Source: Chloroflexota bacterium (GTDB taxonomy: Bacteria > Chloroflexota > Dehalococcoidia > Lucifugimonadales > JADFKI01). From it: a stretch of DNA of 64,000 nucleotides. The notes beneath the pieces were generated by a model. It saw nothing but the letters and a program-made list of their open reading frames with translations. It was not told the DNA's origin and made no database searches. The translations under genes and the position numbers were made by a program. Location: the NCBI GenBank assembly GCA_027623195.1, contig JAQBUT010000007.1:1-64000 (forward strand), written 5' to 3'. Below, piece by piece: positions 9,781 through 20,727 of this stretch; within the stretch, counting starts at the first letter, position 1; each line of letters opens with the position of its first letter.

Positions 9781-10836
9781 TTGCCAAGAAATATGGCTGG
9801 AAAGATTAACGTTGCGATCATAGGGTGCGGCTGGGCCGGGCTGCGTCACGCCGTCGCCTATCGAAGTTGCGGAGCCAATGTCTCGTGGGCGGTAGACGTG
9901 GACAAGCGCCGGGCATCTGCTATTGCCCGGTCGTATTCGGATACCCATGTAGTCCAGGATATTCAGGTGGCATTGGAGGACCCCGCTATCGATGCGGTCA
10001 GCATCTGCCTTCCCACCGATATGCATGCCGACGCGGCTATCCTGGCAGCACAGGCGGGGAAACATATTCTATGCGAAGAGCCCATGGCCACCACTTTGGA
10101 AGATGCTGACGCGATGATTGCCGCGGCAGAGGCGGCCAGCGTGACGCTCATGATAGGTGCCAACGTCCGCTTTAGCCCTCTCTATAGAAACATTCGTGAC
10201 CTGTTGCAAGAGGGCGTTATTGGCCAGCCGGCGCTGGTCAGGCTGAACCGGGAGTCTTACGTAAACGAGTCATCACTAAATGACTGGGGCTGGAGGCTTG
10301 GCCCCGGCGCAGGGGTGATGATGTCCGAGGGCGTTCACGACATTGAGATGATGCGAATGGTCGTCGGAGAGATCGATAGCGTACATGCCGCGAGGGCTCC
10401 TCAACGCATCCACGAGATCCAAACGGACGATACCAGCATTGCCACCTTGCGTTTCGTCGACGGCACGCTGGGAATGCTGGTTGAGAGCTGCACCTCCCGT
10501 CGTCTGGAAACGGTATCAGGCAAGGAAGTGCACACGCTACGCATCGACGGGGCATTAGGCAGTCTACACTCTCCGGATCCCAGATCGTTACAGATTTTCA
10601 GCGCCAGGGAGGACTACCTGGTAAATGGACGGCCCATGAGGAAGGACATTCACGTGCCAGAGTCGGACACCTTCCTTCTGGAGGTACTCCACTTCCTGAA
10701 ATGCATACAAACAGGACAGGACCCTACTACCAGCGGTCGTGCGCAGCGGCGATCCTTGGAACTGGTTCTGGCCGCGTACAGGTCTATGGACAGCGATATG
10801 ACCGAAGCCATTAGCTACTCCACCACATTGGATTGA
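9781..10836 (+). CDS. Gfo/Idh/MocA family oxidoreductase
   Basis: IIGCGWAG, DAVSICLP, GKHILCEEP (EKP variant); start may be ATG 9793. Confidence 0.88.
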   Translation: MPRNMAGKINVAIIGCGWAGLRHAVAYRSCGANVSWAVDVDKRRASAIARSYSDTHVVQDIQVALEDPAIDAVSICLPTDMHADAAILAAQAGKHILCEEPMATTLEDADAMIAAAEAASVTLMIGANVRFSPLYRNIRDLLQEGVIGQPALVRLNRESYVNESSLNDWGWRLGPGAGVMMSEGVHDIEMMRMVVGEIDSVHAARAPQRIHEIQTDDTSIATLRFVDGTLGMLVESCTSRRLETVSGKEVHTLRIDGALGSLHSPDPRSLQIFSAREDYLVNGRPMRKDIHVPESDTFLLEVLHFLKCIQTGQDPTTSGRAQRRSLELVLAAYRSMDSDMTEAISYSTTLD

Positions 10837-10897
10837 CACCCCGATTTCAGCACTGCTACACTCGCCCTTACCCTGATATCAGGAACCGGGAAAGGAC

Positions 10898-11395
10898 GTG
10901 ATGGCGGCGGATCAGCGAGCGTTCCAGGACATGATGGCGGACAACCACTGCTGGGGGTGCGGCGCGGAAAACGACGCCGGTCTTCAGATAAAAAGCTTCT
11001 GGGACGGCGATGCGGCCGTATGTGGATTCCAGCCCAAAATTCACCACATGGCGGGGCCACCACACGTCCTGAACGGCGGCATCATCAGCACTGTGATCGA
11101 TTGCCACTGCATTTGGACATCCATAGCGGCAGCATACCGCTCAGAAGGGCGGGAAATCGGCCAGGGCGAAAGAATCTGGTATGCCACAGGCTCCCTGAGC
11201 GTGTCTTTCAAACGCCCGACACCAATAGACCAACAGGTCGACTTACGGGCTGTGGTAACGGATTTCACTGAACGCAGAACTAACCTGACCTGCACGTTAT
11301 CATCCGAAGGACAGGAGTGCGCCGTAGCAGAAGTCGTGGCGGTTCGCGTGCCGCTAGCCTGGTTGGATCCATCTCAGTCCAAAGGCACGGTGTAG
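10898..11395 (+). CDS. PaaI-like hotdog-fold thioesterase
   Basis: CWGCG, LNGGIISTVIDCH, TGSLSVSFKRPTP. Confidence 0.85.
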   Translation: MMAADQRAFQDMMADNHCWGCGAENDAGLQIKSFWDGDAAVCGFQPKIHHMAGPPHVLNGGIISTVIDCHCIWTSIAAAYRSEGREIGQGERIWYATGSLSVSFKRPTPIDQQVDLRAVVTDFTERRTNLTCTLSSEGQECAVAEVVAVRVPLAWLDPSQSKGTV

Positions 11396-11398
11396 GCC

Positions 11399-11704
11399 GT
11401 GACCGCTAGCAACTGGGACCTACCGGACGAGCCCTGGGTAGACGCCGCTGACACCGCTCTGGACTTCATAGAGGATGGCGACGCCAAGGGACTGATACTG
11501 TACCGGTTCAACGGGCAGTACATGCCTGCATTACGAAAGGCCCGCAACGGTGAGCAGGTTTGGCGAGCATGGAATGCCTTTCATCACTATCTAACGACCC
11601 GCGAGACTCGCCGCAAGTTCTTTTGCCTGTCCCATAATGACGCTGATAAGACGATTTCTCTGCTAACGTCCATTCTGGACTTACCGCCGTATCAGCTTCC
11701 GTAG
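11399..11704 (+). CDS. Hypothetical protein
   Basis: 101-aa ORF starting 3 nt after the upstream gene; no recognised motif. Confidence 0.6.
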   Translation: MTASNWDLPDEPWVDAADTALDFIEDGDAKGLILYRFNGQYMPALRKARNGEQVWRAWNAFHHYLTTRETRRKFFCLSHNDADKTISLLTSILDLPPYQLP

Positions 11705-12026
11705 ACCTGCCCGAAAGACTAACCGCGGACAACCACATCCATATTGAAAGCACGCTTCAGACTATCCAAAGAAGTCTATGGCCAGCGGCAATCCATAAAA
11801 CGCCGCGACAGCAAGAATGGTAATTTTCAGGACTTTGCCCAGGCCGCTTCGCGTGAGTTACGGATGAACCAACTATGCGTGGTGCTCTCTGGTTGGAGCC
11901 GTATTCCATGGGAATACACGTGCCAAATCGCCCACCAATGCTAGCATGGATATAATGAAAGGCATCGGCGCCCGGTGGAGCCTGAACGGTGCGCCGTGGA
12001 ATCTTGGCTAGCAATCTGAGGTGCCT

Positions 12027-13280
12027 ATGACTGGTGTCCAGCTACCTGGATACGCGGTGTTTGATGACTACGTGTTTAGTCAGCGCATTGCAGTGGTGCT
12101 GCGCTGGTTCCTTTTGGTGACATGGCTGGCGCTCATCAACTACAGGCCCGACCTGGGCACCAGAACATTGTGGTCTCTAAACGGCATGGGGTTGGCTCTA
12201 GCCCTACTGAACGGTTACTTGCATTGGCGAATAATCAAAGACAGGCCTATACCCGGTCGGTACGTCATCGCCCTCAGCATATTTGATCTTTCAATAATCA
12301 CGGCGGGCATAGGTCTCACCACCCGGTTCGAAAATAACTTCTTCGTCTTTTACTACCCTGCCCTACTTGGTATAAGTCTCGTATTCTCATCTCGCAGGCT
12401 CAGCTTCACTCTGGTATCGCTTGTGGCTGTGTCGTACGCAGCCATTACCCTGGTCCTCCAGCCAGGTCTGGACTTCACTTTGGGGCAGGAAAGGGTGCTG
12501 CTGGTGAGAATCGCAACCATGTTCGGCGTGACGGCCGCGGGCAATCTCATGACCAGGATCGAGCGCACCAGGAGACTGCAAGCGGTGCGGGCCGAGCGCG
12601 AAGAGTCCCAGAAGAACCTCGAGCTTCAGCGGCGAGCGGCGCAGGCAGAGCTTGAGGCTCAAATGGAACGCGATAGAATTGCCAGAGAGATTCACGACGG
12701 CATAGCGCAATCCATGTACGCCTTGAGCCTCAACCTGGAGACTTGTGCCGACCTGGCTGGCCGGGAGGAAGGCCCGCTGAAAGACCGTTTGCAGGCGTTG
12801 GTACCCCTGGCCCGCAGCACACTGCTAGAGACCCGTCAGTACATATTCGATCTGAAACCTCTGCTCTCCGGGACGAACGATCTTTCATCCGTAGCCCTGA
12901 GCCAGGTAAAAGAGTTCCAGACCGTAACTGGAATACTCAGCAAGCTTGAGATTGACGGCGATCCAACTAATGTGCCGGTGGGTGTGGCAACTGCTGTATT
13001 CCGAATTCTCCAGGAAAGCCTGAGCAATGTCCTGAAGCACTCTAGCGCAAACAGCGTAACGGCCAGCCTCAGGCTTAGGAAGGACTGCGTAACGCTGTCC
13101 GTTCACGACAACGGACGCGGCTTTGATACGGCGGTTGTGGACGCAGGCCACGGTCTGATTAACATGAGACACAGGGCTGAGGAGCTTGGCGGAACCTTCC
13201 GATTGAACAGCGAGAGGGACGAAGGAACCACGGTAAAGGTAACCTTGCCCACTGGAGAGGCGCATGAAAACGATGATTAA
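12027..13280 (+). CDS. Membrane sensor histidine kinase (HisKA_3 type)
   Basis: Multi-TM N-terminus, ERDRIAREIHD, QESLSNVLKHS, DNGRGFD, GHGLINM. Confidence 0.93.
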   Translation: MTGVQLPGYAVFDDYVFSQRIAVVLRWFLLVTWLALINYRPDLGTRTLWSLNGMGLALALLNGYLHWRIIKDRPIPGRYVIALSIFDLSIITAGIGLTTRFENNFFVFYYPALLGISLVFSSRRLSFTLVSLVAVSYAAITLVLQPGLDFTLGQERVLLVRIATMFGVTAAGNLMTRIERTRRLQAVRAEREESQKNLELQRRAAQAELEAQMERDRIAREIHDGIAQSMYALSLNLETCADLAGREEGPLKDRLQALVPLARSTLLETRQYIFDLKPLLSGTNDLSSVALSQVKEFQTVTGILSKLEIDGDPTNVPVGVATAVFRILQESLSNVLKHSSANSVTASLRLRKDCVTLSVHDNGRGFDTAVVDAGHGLINMRHRAEELGGTFRLNSERDEGTTVKVTLPTGEAHENDD

Positions 13281-13935
13281 ATTGATGATCGTCGATGACC
13301 ATGAGGTGGTCAGACTGGGGCTAAGAAGCGCTCTGGAGCTAGAAGACGATATGGAGCTTATGGGCGACTTCGCCGACGCGAAGGAAGCCTTACGAGAGGC
13401 AGAACTCCTCAAGCCCGACGTGGTGCTTATGGATGTCCGCATGCCCGGCATGGACGGCATTGAGGCCTGCCGCGCCATGCGGGACATCACGCCCGAAACC
13501 AGGGTGATAATGCTAACGTCCTACAGCGACCAGCAGGCTGTTTTTGCCTCCATCATGGCTGGCGCTTCCGGCTACTTGCTGAAAAACACCGGACGAGCCG
13601 ACTTGCTTAACGCCGTACGGTCCGTCGCAGGCGGCGTTTCGCTGCTGGACCCTGCCGTCACCAAACAGGTCCTGGAGAAGCTAAAGGCCCTCACGGTGAA
13701 GGAGGAGGCCCGGGAGGTCGAGATGCTATCCGACCGGGAACGAGAAGTCCTGGCGCTGGTGGCGGACGGCTTGACGAACAAGGAGATAGCCGCACAGCTG
13801 GTCATAAGCGGCAACACTGCCAGAAACCACGTTAGCCGTATTCTGGACAAGCTGGGCCTTAACAGAAGAAGCGAGGCCGCAGCATTCGCGGCTCAACACG
13901 GCCTCTTGTTAAGCGACAAAGAGGCTGAGGATTAA
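13264..13935 (+). CDS. NarL/LuxR family response regulator
   Basis: VDDH, DVVLMD, GYLLK, LSDREREVL...TNKEIA; overlaps the kinase. Confidence 0.95.
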   Translation: MKTMIKLMIVDDHEVVRLGLRSALELEDDMELMGDFADAKEALREAELLKPDVVLMDVRMPGMDGIEACRAMRDITPETRVIMLTSYSDQQAVFASIMAGASGYLLKNTGRADLLNAVRSVAGGVSLLDPAVTKQVLEKLKALTVKEEAREVEMLSDREREVLALVADGLTNKEIAAQLVISGNTARNHVSRILDKLGLNRRSEAAAFAAQHGLLLSDKEAED

Positions 13936-14288
13936 GCTAGGATTTTGTTGCCCTATGGCCTATTAACGCCGCATCAAAAGACCGGTCAGACGAATGGTTC
14001 GCTACCTCGGACCATAAGCATTCCACAATAATCATTTCCTGACTTATCTTGAAATTGATCCACGGTCTACGACATTCACAGTATTTACCTCGTGATATTC
14101 GTTAATACACAATTTGGGTGAGAATCCCACGATACCTAATGCCTTTTTTCTTAACTGGCTAAATGGACATGCTCTGGCAGTTGTAGAAGAATACCTGGAA
14201 ACCATGATCTAGGTATGGCTCCAGAAATGGTCAAATCTAGACCTGTAAGGCTCCACAATCAGGGATTGGGAAGGGTACCAAGGCTGTT

Positions 14289-14921
14289 GTGAACAGAGTT
14301 GTAGCCAAAACCGCCACCAGGGAGGCCGCCAGACGCCTGGGCACCCATCTGCGGGCATTACGGACTGCTCGCGGCTGGACTCAGCGACAGGTAGCCGGTG
14401 AAGTTGGCGTCGATAGCGTGACTCTCCGTAGATGGGAGCTAGGCATGTTCTCCCCTTCTCAAGTAAACATGGAACGTCTGGCCGCCATATTCGAGGTGGA
14501 CCTCGAATCGCTAATGCAAGTCGTGTCTGCGCCTGCATCCTCCATTGGAATGCCTGCAATTCCCATAAAAGGCTACGTCGATGCCGGCACTCCAAGGACG
14601 GAATACGACGTGGACCTAGGTCTGTCGTCTGTGCCAAGCAGCCTCGTCAATGACAATTCCAACGCCTTCTTACGAGTCGTCAGTGGAGACTCGTTGACTG
14701 TAGACGGGATTCACGATAGTGACATGCTGGTGGTAAATCCAGACGGACTTCCAGGGCTGGGCATGATTTGCATTATTCGATTGGGACCAGCGTTCTGTGG
14801 GGCTGCATATATTCCCGGAGTGGGCTATCGCTGGCGAACACCCAGTGGTCGGATTGAGAGCCTATCAACTGACGAGGTCGGCTTTGCGGGTAATGTCATA
14901 GGACATATCCGCAAGATGTAG
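14289..14921 (+). CDS. XRE HTH plus S24 (LexA/CI-like) domain regulator
   Basis: HTH_3 (LRALRTARGWTQRQVA...WELG), VDAG, VSGDSL...IHDSDMLVV. Confidence 0.8.
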   Translation: MNRVVAKTATREAARRLGTHLRALRTARGWTQRQVAGEVGVDSVTLRRWELGMFSPSQVNMERLAAIFEVDLESLMQVVSAPASSIGMPAIPIKGYVDAGTPRTEYDVDLGLSSVPSSLVNDNSNAFLRVVSGDSLTVDGIHDSDMLVVNPDGLPGLGMICIIRLGPAFCGAAYIPGVGYRWRTPSGRIESLSTDEVGFAGNVIGHIRKM

Positions 14922-15006
14922 CTCAGGCAACACTACCGATTTCTCTCAGCACTCGTATGAACGAAGTACGAGTGGCCAGGTTTGAGTGTGTCGGGCCTTA
15001 GCGATC

Positions 15007-16833
15007 TTAGTTAGCGGTAACGGAGCCCGACACTACAAGAGTGATCGGGACCAGGTCCTGGGCTGGGGTGTCGCTGTCCAGTTGGATGAGCGTCAGATTC
15101 ACCTGGGAGGTGCCTACCGAAAGCAGGTCCACGTTGGCAGTTGCGATGACAGTAGACGTAATCTGCCCCTGCAGTAACTCTGTGGCGTCCGCCACGATCA
15201 CGCGGACAGTGGAGCCAGGCGCGCCGGTCACAAGCTGGAAGCCATATCCTGGCAGCGTCACACCCTGAATCTGCGCCACGGTGGGGTCCTGCACCGACAG
15301 GTCGAATACAAATCCCGAAATGCCGTTAGACACGGTTTCCAGGACGACGTCAACGGACACGGTTTGGCTAACGTTCCCCACTGCGCTGGTCACCGATAAG
15401 ACGGGCGAAGGCGTTGGGGTCGCAGTCGAACCGGCTGGTGGCGTCGAGGTAGATGTTGGCAACGGCGTCGCAGTCGGTGGCGGCGTCGACGTAAACGTAG
15501 GCGTCGGGGTGGCAGTCGGTGGTGGCGTCGACGTGAACGTAGGCAACGGCGTCGGGGTGGCAGTCGGTGGTGGCGTCGATGTAAACGTAGGCAACGGCGT
15601 CGGGGTGGCAGTCGAGCCCGGTGGTGGCGTCGATGTAAACGTCGGCAACGGCGTGGATGTGGGCAAAGGCGTTGGCGTGGGCGTATTCGATATCCCAGTA
15701 AAGGAAACATCGTCGAACCACGCCGTACCGGTGGCAGGAGGTCTTGTCACCAGATAAAGCCTTATCCTTGCGACCGCAGCGCCAGCAGGGGGCGACAGCC
15801 CAACTGCAGATACCTCGACCCACCCATTAGTTCCGAAGAACTCGCCGAGTAAGTCCGTACGAAGTACGCTGGAAGCGTTCAAAGTCTCCGAGCCCGGCAG
15901 TCCTGCTCCATTCAGCCACTGTATCTCAATCGTCGCGTCTGACCAGGTCACACTGGCCGTCTTCAACCAGACCGACACATCGTAGGTACTGCCCACCGTA
16001 GCGGCCAAGTCCTGGTAGACCTCACTGAAGCCCGACGTTCCTACTACGATCTCCTGGGAGTGTGTACCCGAGTGAGCCTGCGTTGTAACTATGGAGCGCC
16101 CGAGAAACGAGGTCTTCTGCCATCCAACGCCACTGTTCTCAAAACCTGGATCGATTACCAGGTTACCGGCCGGCAGTGGCGTAGAAGTAGGGATAGCCGT
16201 TACTGTGGGCGTGGCCGCAGGCGTGCCCACGAGCGTACTGGTCGGAGTCACAGTTGAGGCCACCGTTGGAACGGGCGTAGAGGTAGATGCCGGCGAACCG
16301 CCACCACCGCCACCTCCACCACCACCGCCTAGACGCTTCTTCTTAGGAGTTGGTGTTGCAGTCCTGGTGGCCTTGACCGTCGGACTGGCGGTAGGCCGCT
16401 TGGTCGCTGTCGCGGCAACCGTCGGTATCGAACCGGGCGCACCAACGCTAAAAGTAGGGCCTGCAAATGGCGTCGCGGTTGGAGTGGCACTTGGCCTATC
16501 GTTATCTGGCGACGGCTTTGAGACTCTAGGCGTCGCGGTAGCTGTTGCACGATATCGGATAGGCGTTCGCGTTGCTGTCGCCGTAGAGATAGCCGTGGCT
16601 ACAGGCGCGGGCGTCGCCGAGGCATTGGATAACAGGTTGGGAAGTTTCCCGATAAGGCTCTGGAAAGGAAAGGGCGTGCGAGTAGGGACGGGAGTCCACC
16701 CTAACGGAGCCAGAGTGGGTCTTGCCGCTGCCAGCAAGCTGGGTGGCTGTTTTTGAAATTCGAATCGGCAGGCTGCCAACACAAGGGGAAGGGCCAATGC
16801 CGCGAATATGATCCAGCGACTTACTGAAGTCAA
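15007..16833 (-). CDS. Thr/Pro-rich surface lipoprotein with CBM4-like domain and C-terminal cohesin-like domain
   Basis: Lipobox LVLAAC; PT linkers and poly-Gly; NLVIDPGFE...WFDDV domain; C-terminal beta-sandwich GISGFVFDLSVQDPTVAQI...LIQLDSD. Confidence 0.75.
   Translation of the reverse strand: MTSVSRWIIFAALALPLVLAACRFEFQKQPPSLLAAARPTLAPLGWTPVPTRTPFPFQSLIGKLPNLLSNASATPAPVATAISTATATRTPIRYRATATATPRVSKPSPDNDRPSATPTATPFAGPTFSVGAPGSIPTVAATATKRPTASPTVKATRTATPTPKKKRLGGGGGGGGGGGSPASTSTPVPTVASTVTPTSTLVGTPAATPTVTAIPTSTPLPAGNLVIDPGFENSGVGWQKTSFLGRSIVTTQAHSGTHSQEIVVGTSGFSEVYQDLAATVGSTYDVSVWLKTASVTWSDATIEIQWLNGAGLPGSETLNASSVLRTDLLGEFFGTNGWVEVSAVGLSPPAGAAVARIRLYLVTRPPATGTAWFDDVSFTGISNTPTPTPLPTSTPLPTFTSTPPPGSTATPTPLPTFTSTPPPTATPTPLPTFTSTPPPTATPTPTFTSTPPPTATPLPTSTSTPPAGSTATPTPSPVLSVTSAVGNVSQTVSVDVVLETVSNGISGFVFDLSVQDPTVAQIQGVTLPGYGFQLVTGAPGSTVRVIVADATELLQGQITSTVIATANVDLLSVGTSQVNLTLIQLDSDTPAQDLVPITLVVSGSVTAN
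15410..15685 (-). repeat. Intragenic tandem repeats encoding TPTPLPTFTSTPPP
   Basis: About 5 imperfect 42-54 nt units. Confidence 0.8.
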
Positions 16834-16969
16834 TGGCGTGTACCTAAGGCGGACGAATGCTTCGCCATAGCGTTATCCATGCTGCGTTATAAGTAACCGC
16901 CAGTAGCCTGCTGCAAACTACGCCCTACGTTGGGATATCGGGTGCATAGCAGGGCCGCGAACGGCTTCA

Positions 16970-17464
16970 TCACCATCTTAAGCCCCTGCTGATCAGTAGC
17001 AACTGGCTACAGAGTGATCCGCCTGCCGCAGAGTTGCTCAAGTCAGTTGCTTGCCCCCAACGATATGCCGTGTAAACCGTCACCCCATCTGATTGGCTAC
17101 CTGTTCCACCTGAAGGCAACCTAACAGGTGAACCAGCCGTCAGAAAACCCTCAAGAAGCGTCATCTCAATTACGTAGCTTGGGCGCTCCTGGGAACCCTT
17201 GCCCAGCGTCGCGCAGATTTCTATGCGCGTACCCAGTTTGAGAGTGGCGATTCGCTGGGCAGCCTCCATCTCGTCCTCGCCATCGCGACAGGACGCCGCA
17301 GGCAAGCCCCACATGCCGGGAAATTCATCGTCATCGTCCGGCCTTCGCACTAGAAGAAGGTCAGAATCTACGTCACTGCCTCTTCGAACAACCAGGGCCA
17401 CTGAATGCTTGACCGGCTTGCTTCCGATAACACTACCTCCGAAGGCTCGGACATCCTGGGCCAT
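16970..17464 (-). CDS. NUDIX hydrolase family protein
   Basis: LLVRRP...PGMWGLPAASCRDGEDEMEAAQR (degenerate Nudix box); ATG after GGAGG. Confidence 0.7.
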   Translation of the reverse strand: MAQDVRAFGGSVIGSKPVKHSVALVVRRGSDVDSDLLLVRRPDDDDEFPGMWGLPAASCRDGEDEMEAAQRIATLKLGTRIEICATLGKGSQERPSYVIEMTLLEGFLTAGSPVRLPSGGTGSQSDGVTVYTAYRWGQATDLSNSAAGGSLCSQLLLISRGLRW

Positions 17465-17648
17465 ATATGCCTCCCCCACAAGCGCAGAAAAGGGCTACGC
17501 CCATAGAGTGTCGAATGCTAACATTGAAATTAGGCGGAATCACAATGCGACGAAACTATTATGCGAATCCATCCGTCCACCCTCAGTAATCTTACGATAC
17601 CGGCTACTAGATAATAATCAAGTTACTAACAGAACCCAGGAGTCTGGA

Positions 17649-18720
17649 TTGAATATTCTTGAACATATGCGGACATTCGGTCACGAGCAGTTGGCGATTT
17701 TCAGCGATCCGTCCAGCGGACTGAAGGCGTTCATAGCCATTCATGACACCACGCTGGGGCCTGCCTGCGGAGGCGTCCGCATCTGGCCACATGCCTCCGA
17801 GGACGACGCCATCATGGACGTTCTCCGCCTCTCCCGGGCCATGACGTACAAGTCTGCAGCTGCTGGTCTAGCGTTCGGCGGGGGCAAGGGCCTGGTTATG
17901 GCAAATCCGCATACGGAGAAGAACGAAGCCATGCTTCGCGCATTCGGCAGAAGCGTGGATTCGCTATGCGGGCGATATTACACCACCGAAGACGTAGGTA
18001 TGAAGCCGGAGGACCTGGTGCACATTGCAAAGGAGACCAGGTATGTCGTCGGTCTGCCTCCGGAGATGGGCGGCAGCGGTGACACGTCCCCTCTAACTGG
18101 CCTGGGGGGTATACCTGGGCATGAAGGCAGCGGCGGAGTCCATATGGGGGTCCGACAGCCTTAGCGGAAAGACCGTAGCCATGCAAGGGTTTGGAAACGT
18201 GGCTCGGCAGACCGCGATGCACCTACGACAAGAGAATGTGCGGCTAATCGTAACGGACATAAATGGAGAGGCTATCGAGGAGGCGCGTTCGCTAGGCGCA
18301 ACCATAGTGGCCCCTGACGACATATATGACGTGGAGGCAGACATATTCTCTCCATGTGCCCTGGGCGGCATACTCAATGATGAGACGATACCAAGGCTAA
18401 AGGCGGCACTGGTGGCTGGCGGAGCTAACAACCAACTGCTGGAGGCCAGACATGGCGAAGACCTAAGGAGTAGGGGTATTGTCTACGCGCCGGACTACAT
18501 AATTAACGCAGGTGGAATCATACAGGTGGCGTGCGAGGCCGAGGGTGGGGACATCGCCCAACGTGCCAGGGCCAAAACGGAAGAGATTTTTCAGACTACG
18601 CAACGGGTGCTGGCCATATCCCGCGAACAGGACATACCAACGTCGGAGGCGGCCGACCGTCTGGCCGAGGATAGGCTCAGGCTAGCCAAAGCAAAAGCCC
18701 AGGAAAGCGGCCCCGCGTAA
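17649..18720 (+). pseudogene. Glu/Leu/Phe/Val dehydrogenase (leucine dehydrogenase-like), frameshifted at G6 run 18104-18109
   Basis: IAIHDTTLGPACGG, LSRAMTYK, GGGK in one frame; QGFGNV, FSPCALGG, GGANNQL, YAPDYIINAGG in the next; removing one G gives TGLGVYLGMKAA. Confidence 0.85.
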
Positions 18721-18827
18721 TTACAACAGTCCAATAAACGTTAATATTCGTCCTGCTACGTTGGCTTGAGGCTTGAGCAGCCGCGTCGAAGCCGTTAACA
18801 TACCTGCCACGTTCAACACATGCAGGT

Positions 18828-20210
18828 ATGGCCAAAATGAAATTTGATGCCCAAGCGTACACCGTAAATCGTGTGGTCGTGCTAGGGGCCGGAACCATGG
18901 GCGCTCAGATCGCGGCCCAGGTAGCTGCCAGGGGCATACCTTGTGACCTGCTGGACATGCGCTCCGAAGGTGATCGGCCAAATGGCCTTGCGGAGGAGGC
19001 CAAGGTAAGGCTGTCCAAGGCCCGTCCCTCGGTGCTGGAATCGCCTGCGGACCTTGACCTGATACACCCCGGCAACTTCGACGACGACATGGCGCGAGTG
19101 GCCGAAGCAGATTGGGTCATCGAAGCCATAGTTGAGAGGCCAGAGCCCAAGGCACAACTATGGTCGCGAGTTGGCCAGCATATTGGCGAAAACACGATAG
19201 CCAGTTCCAACACCTCCGGCATACCCATAGCCCAAATAGCCGAGGCCCTGCCGGAGCAAGTCCGCAGCCGCTTCCTGGGTACTCACTTCTTCAACCCGCC
19301 GAGGTACGTTCGACTGCTGGAGCTTATTTCGGCTCCGACCACCGACCCCGCTGTCCTTGAGGCCATCCGGGCCTTTGCATCGGAACGACTGGACAAGGGT
19401 GTGGTTCGGGCTAACGACGTGCCTGGATTTATATCCAACAGAATCGGCACCTACTACTTTCTGAGCGTCCTACACGCGGCCGAAGAATTTGGCTTCTCCG
19501 TCGACGAAGTTGACGCAATAACCGGCCCCCTAATGGGACGGCCCGGCAGCGCCACCTACCGCACGCTGGACCTGGTAGGTCTGGATATTTTTGTGGACAT
19601 CTGTGACAACACCAAGGCCGCGCTGGAAGCATCCAGCGCCGCGAAGGCAGAGGCAGATTCCTTTATCGCCCCTGCACTGGCACGAGAGATGATTAGCCGT
19701 GGCTGGCTAGGCAACAAATCAGGCCAAGGCTTTTACAAAAGAGCAAAGGCAGAGGGCGACTCAACCATTTTCTCGTTACAGACCAGTTCTATGGAATACC
19801 AGCCCAGGCAGCGGGCCGCCTCAGCCACCCTCAAAGAGTTACTGGAAGTCGAAGAAACTGGCGAGCGAATTCGGCGGCTGGTCTCATCAGGTGGACCAAC
19901 GGAGGCGTTGGCCTGGAGGGTATTGTCTCAGCTTATGGCCTACTCAGCATGGAAGCTGGGTGAGGTGGCGGACGACCTCATCAGTATCGACAGGGCCATG
20001 CGCTGGGGCTTCAACTGGGCGCTGGGTCCTTTCGAGACCTGGGACGCCATAGGTATAGCCTACGCCGTAGACCGAATGGCACAGGGCGGGATGGCCCTAC
20101 CCGACTGGGTCGCACGTATGGCATCAACCGGCGATGGCTTCTACAGGGAGCAGGACGGCGCCGTCATGCAGGTTGACTCCAAATTACACTATACGTCGGT
20201 TGACCAGTAG
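18828..20210 (+). CDS. 3-hydroxyacyl-CoA dehydrogenase
   Basis: LGAGTMG, IEAIVE, SSNTSGIPI, THFFNPPRY, DRAMRWGFNW; no C-terminal hydratase domain. Confidence 0.92.
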   Translation: MAKMKFDAQAYTVNRVVVLGAGTMGAQIAAQVAARGIPCDLLDMRSEGDRPNGLAEEAKVRLSKARPSVLESPADLDLIHPGNFDDDMARVAEADWVIEAIVERPEPKAQLWSRVGQHIGENTIASSNTSGIPIAQIAEALPEQVRSRFLGTHFFNPPRYVRLLELISAPTTDPAVLEAIRAFASERLDKGVVRANDVPGFISNRIGTYYFLSVLHAAEEFGFSVDEVDAITGPLMGRPGSATYRTLDLVGLDIFVDICDNTKAALEASSAAKAEADSFIAPALAREMISRGWLGNKSGQGFYKRAKAEGDSTIFSLQTSSMEYQPRQRAASATLKELLEVEETGERIRRLVSSGGPTEALAWRVLSQLMAYSAWKLGEVADDLISIDRAMRWGFNWALGPFETWDAIGIAYAVDRMAQGGMALPDWVARMASTGDGFYREQDGAVMQVDSKLHYTSVDQ

Positions 20211-20283
20211 CTTTAAGAATTGCTAATAACGTAAATGCATTCTTTTTCATGGATTGATAAACAAACCCACTGGAGGGGATACC

Positions 20284-20727
20284 GTGCAAGAGCCGGAGCG
20301 GATCAAACCAACCAAATTAGGCGATTATTTGGCCATTATGACAAAGGCCGTATTCCAGTCGGGAATATCCTGGAAGGTCGTTAATAACAAATGGCCGGAC
20401 ATCCAGGAGGCGTTCCAGGGCTTTGATGCGGAGACGGTGGCAGCGTACGGCGAAAAGGAACTGGACGATCTCACAGGGGATAGGCGGGTGATTCGTAACC
20501 GGCGAAAGCTTGAGGCCATAGTAGGCAACGCCCGCCGTATGGTCGAACTAGACAAGGAGTTCGGCGGCTTCCAGAAGTATCTGCGCTCCCAACCAGACTT
20601 CGAGGCCACGGTGAAAGACATCCGCAAGCAGTTCAAATTCATGGGGCTCACGGGAATTTACTACTTCCTTTATGTTGTGGGTGAAGAGGTCCCGCCACAT
20701 GAGGAGATATTCCCAGGACGTAAATGA
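20284..20727 (+). CDS. DNA-3-methyladenine glycosylase I-like protein (short form)
   Basis: VFQSGISWKVV, AFQGFD, VIRNRRKLEAIVGNAR, FKFMG; GTG after GGAGGGG. Confidence 0.8.
   Translation: MQEPERIKPTKLGDYLAIMTKAVFQSGISWKVVNNKWPDIQEAFQGFDAETVAAYGEKELDDLTGDRRVIRNRRKLEAIVGNARRMVELDKEFGGFQKYLRSQPDFEATVKDIRKQFKFMGLTGIYYFLYVVGEEVPPHEEIFPGRK

Noticed and set aside
15410..15685. Tandem repeats as CRISPR array
   Set aside because: In-frame coding repeats without unique spacers; no cas genes
17199..17648. N-terminal extension of the dehydrogenase ORF
   Set aside because: Overlaps the NUDIX gene on the other strand; an RBS and TTG at 17649 give the family-typical start
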